Below are positions 58,081 through 64,000 of a DNA stretch of 64,000 nt, one piece after another. A program made the position numbers and the translations under genes. This DNA comes from a virus, in the IMG/VR virus record IMGVR_UViG_3300027833_000013, positions 105,460 through 169,459 of that record; one strand, written 5' to 3'. Position 1 is the stretch's first letter. The number at the start of each line of letters is the position of its first letter. A model generated the notes under the pieces. It was given only the letters and a program-made list of their open reading frames with translations. It did not search any database and had not been told where the DNA came from.

Positions 58081-58467
58081 CTACGCTTGCTGGGATCCCG
58101 CTAAGTTTTCCCAGTCTACTTCATTATCAGTATTTAGATAATTACCTTTTTGGGGGATGACATGTCTGACTCCGCCGCGTGGATCTTTTACATCACCATT
58201 ACGACGAGGGATTAAATGTATATGCGGATACATTACAGTTTGTCCGGCGGCCTCGCCTACATTTTGTCCGATATTAAATGCATCACAATATCCACGTTGT
58301 GTCCAATCATACCCCCATTGATATGCTGCCTTCATGCAGGCTGTTAGATGTTCCCAGTCTTCTACTTTGGGCACAAATAAAACATGTCCTTCTGTAACTG
58401 GATATTTGTCTTTGTATACAGTAAATAATTTTGTATCAATTAGTACATCAGTCCACGGCTTATCCAT
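58081..58467 (-). CDS. HIT-family nucleotide hydrolase
   Basis: PVTEGHVLFVPK, NIGQNVGEAAGQTV, YPHIHLIPR (first triad His replaced by Tyr). Confidence 0.85.
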   Translation of the reverse strand: MDKPWTDVLIDTKLFTVYKDKYPVTEGHVLFVPKVEDWEHLTACMKAAYQWGYDWTQRGYCDAFNIGQNVGEAAGQTVMYPHIHLIPRRNGDVKDPRGGVRHVIPQKGNYLNTDNEVDWENLAGSQQA

Positions 58468-59074
58468 TTATTTCATCCATTGTTATTGACATATTAAAAC
58501 TAATAGTTGCTCGTTCTGCATCAACTTTTTGTTCAGCTACTAGGTGCTGTAAGTATGATGGAAAGATAATTAGTCTACCTGTTTTGGGCTTAATACTAAA
58601 CTGCGGAGTAGTGTATGCAGTTACTTCCATATTATTAGCCCAAGGCCAACTACACTCTTTGTTCTTATCAATAAATGTCAGTGTAGCATCTTCTTCAGTT
58701 GCTTGCACATAATACACTCCACTCCAAGTACTTGGAATATGATTGTGTGGCATATGTGTACTATACAGTCTATTAATACTAAACCAACTACCTGTAAAAA
58801 TTAGATCATTTTTTAATCCAATAGCTTTGTTTGCTTCTATACCCGACATACCTATAAACTCTCGAAGATCAGAAAGCATAGGGTGATCTATAATTTGTTG
58901 TTGAGGATCGTAGTTAGTGTAGCCGTTAAGGCTATAGTTGTTAACTGACGTGTCGTCTTTTTCAATCTGTTTCATTAACGGTAACAACGATTGCTTAAGA
59001 GCTTCGCCGTTTTCAAATTCAGTACCAAATACTGGCACTGGAAATAAATCCATTCTATCTAATTCAATACTCAC
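58460..59074 (-). CDS. Putative 2OG-Fe(II) oxygenase
   Basis: LFPVPV, HMPHNH..STWSGVYYV, IIFPSYLQH.V, RATISFN. Confidence 0.75.
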   Translation of the reverse strand: MSIELDRMDLFPVPVFGTEFENGEALKQSLLPLMKQIEKDDTSVNNYSLNGYTNYDPQQQIIDHPMLSDLREFIGMSGIEANKAIGLKNDLIFTGSWFSINRLYSTHMPHNHIPSTWSGVYYVQATEEDATLTFIDKNKECSWPWANNMEVTAYTTPQFSIKPKTGRLIIFPSYLQHLVAEQKVDAERATISFNMSITMDEING

Positions 59075-59630
59075 TTACATTCTCCCAAGGATAAACAAGC
59101 CATACATCTTCTTCTGCTTTGTTAACTTCGTGACAGGAATATCTCACACTGTCAAAGTTACTAGATAAATTTTCAGTTAATGTAGCAAATCTCACATTAG
59201 CTTGATCACCATTCCATACACTGTTCCAAGCATCGTGTTCCATTGGCAAACATCCTGATGGCCAATCTTCTTTAATCCAGTTAAATGTAGCACCTGTATC
59301 GTTGATGTCGTCTACAATAAGGATGTTCTTGCGCAGTTTTGTATCCCATCGAGCACCAGTAACCCCAGTTTCTTCAGGATAGTTATAACCAAACGCATCT
59401 TCGCTCATCCAACAGTTAGATTCAGGTCCTTGCTCGTCGTCTCGCAAACTTACTTTGAGTGCTTCGCAACGAATACCAGTCATATTACTAATAATAGTAG
59501 CAGGTACATTACCACCACGGGTAATTCCTACAATATAATCAGGACGCCAGTTGTCAGCGTACATTTGGTTTACAATACTAACGCACATACGTTCTACGTC
59601 AGTCCAAGTATAATAATGTTTCTTAATCAT
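59064..59630 (-). CDS. Purine phosphoribosyltransferase (Gpt/XGPRT-like)
   Basis: TW.DV, GITRGG.VPA, ILIVDDINDTGAT (PRPP loop), WLVYPWE. Confidence 0.85.
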   Translation of the reverse strand: MIKKHYYTWTDVERMCVSIVNQMYADNWRPDYIVGITRGGNVPATIISNMTGIRCEALKVSLRDDEQGPESNCWMSEDAFGYNYPEETGVTGARWDTKLRKNILIVDDINDTGATFNWIKEDWPSGCLPMEHDAWNSVWNGDQANVRFATLTENLSSNFDSVRYSCHEVNKAEEDVWLVYPWENVSEY

Positions 59631-59976
59631 CTTGTTTACCTTTGTAATCTTGTTCTACTAATTTATATACAGTTTGAAAGTTTTCGTATGCTTTTGCAAG
59701 TGCAGGATATTCATTACACATAGCATTTACAGTATCTACATCAGGCAATGTTTCAGTCCACAATGTAGGAACAATTTTAATGTTATCATAGTCAAACGTG
59801 AACTGATCATTTGATGAAAGTATATCACTTATGTCAACTGTATTAGTTGAAATGCCACTAATAGTAGTAGTAATACTATCTAAATTAGATGAAGTAATAT
59901 TAGTATCCATATTGTAATCACTTAGATCAATTGTAATTGTATCAGCCGTTGATTGCGTCATATAATGCTTCTCCAC
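59623..59976 (-). CDS. Hypothetical protein
   Basis: 117 aa, low-complexity T/S/I N-terminus, MCNEYPALAKAYENF. Confidence 0.55.
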   Translation of the reverse strand: MEKHYMTQSTADTITIDLSDYNMDTNITSSNLDSITTTISGISTNTVDISDILSSNDQFTFDYDNIKIVPTLWTETLPDVDTVNAMCNEYPALAKAYENFQTVYKLVEQDYKGKQDD

Positions 59977-60997
59977 TAAAAAATTCTTTGTTAAGTTTTG
60001 TGCGTTGCTTTTCTAATGACACTTGCAAGTCATTATAGTTTTCCATATAGTTTACAATCTGTGCAACTACTTTGTCTCTATTATGCAAGTAAGCATCGTA
60101 GTTCTCAGTCCATGCACTTGGATATTTAAACTCAGGCAGTGCCATTTCGCTGTAACTTAGTCTATCAGGTACCATAGGAATAGCATCTACTAATGCACCT
60201 TCGTACCAACTAATGCCAAGTGTTTCTTGCAAGTTAGCACTAAACACCATCTTAGCTTCGCCTAGTAGGTTGTGATATTCGTTCTTTGTAAGTTGTTGTT
60301 CTTGACAAACAACAAATTCATATTGTGGCAAACGCTGTGCTAAGTCTCTAAAGATTTCAACTTGCTTCTCGGGAGCAACTCTATGCGGAAACAAGATTAA
60401 GTCTCGCTTCTCCATGCCTTTATAACTAGTTAGGCTATCTTTAAGATACTCCATAGGCCAACCAACCTTAATTGCTTTATCTATATCAACGTCATAATTG
60501 TCTATCATAGTATCTGTAAACAAGTCTATATGGAAATCTGTAGCATAGAAGTTATCATCATAACATTCATACATTGACATTTCAGCGTGACGTACCCAAG
60601 GTTTATCACCTATAAGTCTGCCAAGGAAATCATGAGGATCATAACTACCAGCATGCCATAAGCCGCCAATATTAATGTCAACATCTAGAAGTTCTGCCAT
60701 ATACTTTAATTGTATAACAGTAGGGTTCCAGGCATCAGTGTATAAGAAATAGTCACCATTGGATACTTGTCCTTTACAGAACATTTCGCCGATGGTTTCT
60801 AGTTGTTTACTTTTGTAAACGTTTGTGCCACCGAAGTTGAGAAACGCCCCAGGCGTAGTTGCCTGAGGAGTCTCTCCGCCACTAATGACTTTTACATCTT
60901 CATTAGTAGCTCGTCGCATTTGTTTAGGAAGATATTCTTTCCACTGTTTAGTGTAACGTGTATCTACTGCTTCAATGTCTACAATGAAGATTGTCAT
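59942..60997 (-). CDS. GT-B glycosyltransferase (GT4-like)
   Basis: WHAGSYDP, FPHRVAPEKQ, ANLQETLGISWYEG (ExxxxxxxE), PDRLSYSE. Confidence 0.75.
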   Translation of the reverse strand: MTIFIVDIEAVDTRYTKQWKEYLPKQMRRATNEDVKVISGGETPQATTPGAFLNFGGTNVYKSKQLETIGEMFCKGQVSNGDYFLYTDAWNPTVIQLKYMAELLDVDINIGGLWHAGSYDPHDFLGRLIGDKPWVRHAEMSMYECYDDNFYATDFHIDLFTDTMIDNYDVDIDKAIKVGWPMEYLKDSLTSYKGMEKRDLILFPHRVAPEKQVEIFRDLAQRLPQYEFVVCQEQQLTKNEYHNLLGEAKMVFSANLQETLGISWYEGALVDAIPMVPDRLSYSEMALPEFKYPSAWTENYDAYLHNRDKVVAQIVNYMENYNDLQVSLEKQRTKLNKEFFSGEALYDAING

Positions 60998-61195
60998 TTA
61001 GTTTTTCCTTGCGTTTTTACGTGCCATAGCACGTACCCATCCTTGATACTTTTGATAAGCAATCCATACTGGAGCCTTATCGTTATAAAGATCTTTTTCA
61101 TCAAAGATCTTTCCTTCAAAGCGACAATAGTCGCGGTACTTGTCCAAATCGTTAAAAACTCGATTATATGAATTACGATTAAATTCAGTAGCCAT
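60998..61195 (-). CDS. Small hypothetical protein
   Basis: Probable start MATEFNRN (61195) after an AAGGA RBS. Confidence 0.55.
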   Translation of the reverse strand: MATEFNRNSYNRVFNDLDKYRDYCRFEGKIFDEKDLYNDKAPVWIAYQKYQGWVRAMARKNARKN

Positions 61196-61217
61196 TGTAG
61201 TGTTTCCTTTGTAATAG

Positions 61218-61739
61218 CTAAATTGCGGGATAGTAAATTGAACAGCCATTTTCGCCGTCTTCGGCAACATTAATCTCTACAAAGCGGCTTGGGTACTTTA
61301 CAGAAATTTCTTCGTACAAGTCGTCTGCAATCATCTCACAGCTCTTGTGATCCAGTTGAATAACATCTTGTGCATACAACCGTTCCATCCAGCGTTTAAA
61401 CTGAATGAATTCAATATCGCGATCATCGTGAAACACTTCGATGCGAACTTTAAAATGAAAAATATGGCGATGCGGAACACCTAAGAATGATACATCATCC
61501 CAATCGCCAGTTGCTAGTTTAGGGTCAGTGTCTGCACCCGGGTACATATGTACACCTTCTTTGCGGAATGTAACCCAAATACTTCTTTGTGCATTATTTA
61601 GTGCATTTTCTTTTGCCATTTTTGCATCCTCTTCTTTCATTCTTCTACCCATGTAGTCATGATAACTTTCTCTGTTAACTGATTTGTAACTAGGGTAACC
61701 TTTTTCAAATACTGGACTAGTGTTGTTATCGTTGCTCAT
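61218..61739 (-). CDS. QueD-like T-fold protein (DpdL-type, LxxxHRHxF motif)
   Basis: EGVHMYP, LGVPHRHIF, IEFIQFK, SCEMIA, VAEDGENG: a PTPS/QueD fold lacking the canonical CxxxHGH. Confidence 0.75.
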   Translation of the reverse strand: MSNDNNTSPVFEKGYPSYKSVNRESYHDYMGRRMKEEDAKMAKENALNNAQRSIWVTFRKEGVHMYPGADTDPKLATGDWDDVSFLGVPHRHIFHFKVRIEVFHDDRDIEFIQFKRWMERLYAQDVIQLDHKSCEMIADDLYEEISVKYPSRFVEINVAEDGENGCSIYYPAI

Positions 61740-61745
61740 AGTATT

Positions 61746-61774
61746 AGTATACGCTCACTTTAGAACTTTGTCAA
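61746..61774 (-). promoter_or_regulatory. Sigma70-type promoter, probably leaderless
   Basis: TTGACA-17 nt-TATACT; ATG 61739 lies 6 nt after the -10 box. Confidence 0.7.
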
Positions 61775-62276
61775 GGCCATATTTGCTCCAATCCGTAAAT
61801 TTATTACGGTCCATCAAATCATGCAGGCTATGGCACCAAACACCTGGGTTACTTGCTTTAAAATCTTTATCGTCGATCTTAATCATTGCATTATAGCCCC
61901 ACTGTTTAACATATGGAACTACAACTCTTAGTTGCGGAATAAAATAATCTGTTTCAGTTAGACCGCCGTCTAAGAACCATTCTAAGTTAATATCACTTGG
62001 AATGTCTAAACTACAAAGAATACCTTCATCAGTAAACAAACGGATTAACTTATCCCAGTTTTCAAACTCATCTGCTGTAACAGGATCATAACTATGATTA
62101 GCACCAAAGAAAATGTGTTCACATTGTTCGTTTATGTAGTGTTCTTTAATTGCATAGTAATCTTGTATGCCAGTAACAAACAACGTCTTCATACCGTATG
62201 CAGGAGTCTTCTCAACTTCTACACCTGTAAAAAAGATGATGTCGTTCGCTTCGCCAGTATCGTAATCTCTTTTCAT
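61755..62276 (-). CDS. Conserved-looking hypothetical protein in the dpd locus
   Basis: 173 aa; HIFFGANHS, KIDD.DF, NPGVWCH motifs. Confidence 0.65.
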   Translation of the reverse strand: MKRDYDTGEANDIIFFTGVEVEKTPAYGMKTLFVTGIQDYYAIKEHYINEQCEHIFFGANHSYDPVTADEFENWDKLIRLFTDEGILCSLDIPSDINLEWFLDGGLTETDYFIPQLRVVVPYVKQWGYNAMIKIDDKDFKASNPGVWCHSLHDLMDRNKFTDWSKYGLDKVLK

Positions 62277-62488
62277 AAGTTACCATTTCCTAATAATTTA
62301 AGTTCAGATTCAAGTCTGTGAATCTCATCTTTTAACCAAAGTTTTTTAGTTTTTAACCTTCTGATTACATAATTATCGACAAACGTTTTTTCTAATTCTA
62401 AAACTTCGTTGTCTAATTCTCTATGTTTTTTGTACACCTCTTGTAAGTGTACAACAATCTTATCGTGTGCTTCACTATAGTTCCCCAA
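62273..62488 (-). CDS. DUF465/YdcH-like small helical protein
   Basis: KHRELDNEV...IRRLKTKKLWLKDEI. Confidence 0.6.
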   Translation of the reverse strand: MGNYSEAHDKIVVHLQEVYKKHRELDNEVLELEKTFVDNYVIRRLKTKKLWLKDEIHRLESELKLLGNGNL

Positions 62489-63998
62489 CTTCGAGTACCT
62501 CCAGTTTAGTTTCGTCTAATGTTTCTTCATCTTCAACTGCTTCCGGTTCTTCTACGTCGAACAATGCATTAAAGTGTGTACTAGCATTTACAGTCTTCTT
62601 ACCAATAGCACCACGTGTGCCCGGAATAGCCATCCAAAACTTTGTGTACTTTTCAATAGTTGCTAATGATTCTTCTTTAGTTGTTTTAGAAAAGATCTCT
62701 TCAACAACATCTTTAAACAAAATGCGATCAAACTTTTCATCTACAAGCATCTTAGGTATAACGCCTGCATCGTACTGTCTATTTGCTTCTTGTACAGCAT
62801 TAATGTGTGTCCATACGTTATGGCCCATCTGTATAGCATAACTAAAGCTATCCCAGCTTGTTGAGTCTCTGCCACGTACAGTTGTGTTGCCGTCGGCATC
62901 TAGTAAAGGATTACCTGCTTTGTCTAAGTCAACATCGCCTTTGAGTACTTTAATAGTACCGATCTTATTAGTATCACCGACTGCATATGTACACACATCG
63001 TTTACTAACAAACCATCAGTTAGTGGACTGTCTTCAAACACTTTAAAAATACCGTCTTGTGTAGTAGCATCTTTAAATGTTCTAGTGTCTGTAGCATATT
63101 TTAGTTCGTCTACACTAGGCACCATTCGGTAAGTCCACTTGCCTCTATCTGGTGTTTCAACTGAAGTGTATACCTGTCCATTAGCAGTTGCTAAGAACGG
63201 ACTTGCACAATCAAATGTAAGCATCATAGTAGGGTTGTAGTACTTGCGTATACCACGTTGTATGTCTGTTAGCAAGCATGCCCACTCTAGCTTAGATGTG
63301 CCTAAGAAGTGCATTACATCGTGTATGCCGCTTTGTAGTAGTCCATCGTAGTGTAATGATACAACCCGTTTAAGAACCAAATGCACATCGCACATATTCT
63401 GTCCACCCATTGACCACCCATTAAAGTGATTGTCAGGATACTTAACTGGATCACAATAGTCTTTCATTTGCTGATACCAATCTTCTGCATCAGCGTGATT
63501 CTCACCTTGCAATACGTTAAGGAACTTACACGCACCTGTTCTATGCTTCATCCAGTAGTCATTGTTAATACGTGTTGCTACTACTGCTTCTTGGTAAGTA
63601 CTAATGCCAGTTGCCTTTGCACCTGCAGGTGAACGTGCAACCCACGCTGGAATATCAAGTATCATTCCGTAGTCCATGTATGCATCCATCCAACGCAACA
63701 CTCCGTCACGTTTCTTTTGTGCTTTAGGACAATTAGGATCTTTCCAATCGCCTTCCCAAACACCTTTACCAATTTGGAAACCACCACTATCACCTAGTGC
63801 CCAAGTATTTGCACGATCTCTATTACGGATCATATCTTCTTTAGGACTGTGTTTATTAGTGTCTAACTCAGCGTGTCCTGCAGAATAAAGCGTCCACTTG
63901 TATGTAAACGCTCCTTCTTTAGCATTAAGATAGTTAAGACTTTCTACACCATTGGCAAAATTATTAGGTATACGTGCATCAGGAACATACGGACCAGT
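62475..63998 (-). CDS. TGT-family base-exchange enzyme (DpdA-like DNA guanine transglycosylase), 5'-truncated by the window edge
   Basis: GDSGGFQ, MILDIP, VLQG, GWSMGG, HFLG, FDCAS and HN are TGT motifs; the frame stays open from 63833 to the window end (TGPYVPDARIP...LYSAGHA). Confidence 0.8.
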   Translation of the reverse strand, partial: TGPYVPDARIPNNFANGVESLNYLNAKEGAFTYKWTLYSAGHAELDTNKHSPKEDMIRNRDRANTWALGDSGGFQIGKGVWEGDWKDPNCPKAQKKRDGVLRWMDAYMDYGMILDIPAWVARSPAGAKATGISTYQEAVVATRINNDYWMKHRTGACKFLNVLQGENHADAEDWYQQMKDYCDPVKYPDNHFNGWSMGGQNMCDVHLVLKRVVSLHYDGLLQSGIHDVMHFLGTSKLEWACLLTDIQRGIRKYYNPTMMLTFDCASPFLATANGQVYTSVETPDRGKWTYRMVPSVDELKYATDTRTFKDATTQDGIFKVFEDSPLTDGLLVNDVCTYAVGDTNKIGTIKVLKGDVDLDKAGNPLLDADGNTTVRGRDSTSWDSFSYAIQMGHNVWTHINAVQEANRQYDAGVIPKMLVDEKFDRILFKDVVEEIFSKTTKEESLATIEKYTKFWMAIPGTRGAIGKKTVNASTHFNALFDVEEPEAVEDEETLDETKLEVLEVGEL

Positions 63999-64000
63999 TA

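Noticed and set aside
1-64000. Alternative genetic code (stop-codon recoding seen in some jumbo phages)
   Set aside because: Long intact ORFs tile the window in the standard code, and TAA, TAG and TGA all end genes at coupled junctions.
1-64000. tRNA, rRNA or structured ncRNA genes
   Set aside because: Intergenic gaps are short (mostly under ~100 nt) and AT-rich, with no cloverleaf or T-loop signature seen by eye; a tRNAscan/Infernal run would be decisive.

Overview
AT-rich, very gene-dense segment of a large (jumbo-type) tailed dsDNA phage genome in the standard bacterial code. There are four blocks. (1) 1-11 kb, + strand: virion module with a giant 5'-truncated baseplate/tail protein, three paralogous fibre proteins (one with a tail-collar domain, one with a C-terminal autocleaving-chaperone-like domain) and T4-late-like ATAAATA motifs. 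(2) 11.0-46.9 kb, nearly all + strand: a ~36-kb cluster of about 42 genes, mostly enzymes, lying between tail-fibre genes. It encodes 12 radical SAM enzymes in four paralogous subfamilies, 4 GT-A glycosyltransferase-like proteins, 4 SGNH proteins, 3 methyltransferases, 3 QueC-like PP-loop proteins, 4 2OG-Fe(II)-like oxygenases, 2 nitroreductases, 2 PLP enzymes (one (R)-amine-transaminase-like), a flavin halogenase, a GMP reductase, a truncated adenylating enzyme and a GNAT-like protein. This looks like a phage-encoded biosynthetic/tailoring system with an unknown product (virion glycan decoration, small molecule, or nucleotide modification). (3) 46.9-56 kb, - strand: an Mtd-N tail fibre, MoxR/VWA pair, IscU, an RNase H-like 5' nuclease and small hypothetical genes. 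(4) 56-64 kb, - strand: a 7-deazaguanine DNA-modification locus (DpdA/TGT-like, QueD-like DpdL-type, QueE with a split Cys motif) interleaved with a GT-B glycosyltransferase, purine PRTase, 2OG oxygenase, HIT and SGNH genes, suggesting a further-modified base. Several consensus sigma70 promoters are present, some apparently leaderless. I found no tRNA, rRNA, CRISPR array or transposase. All product calls come from motif recognition by eye, not from database searches.
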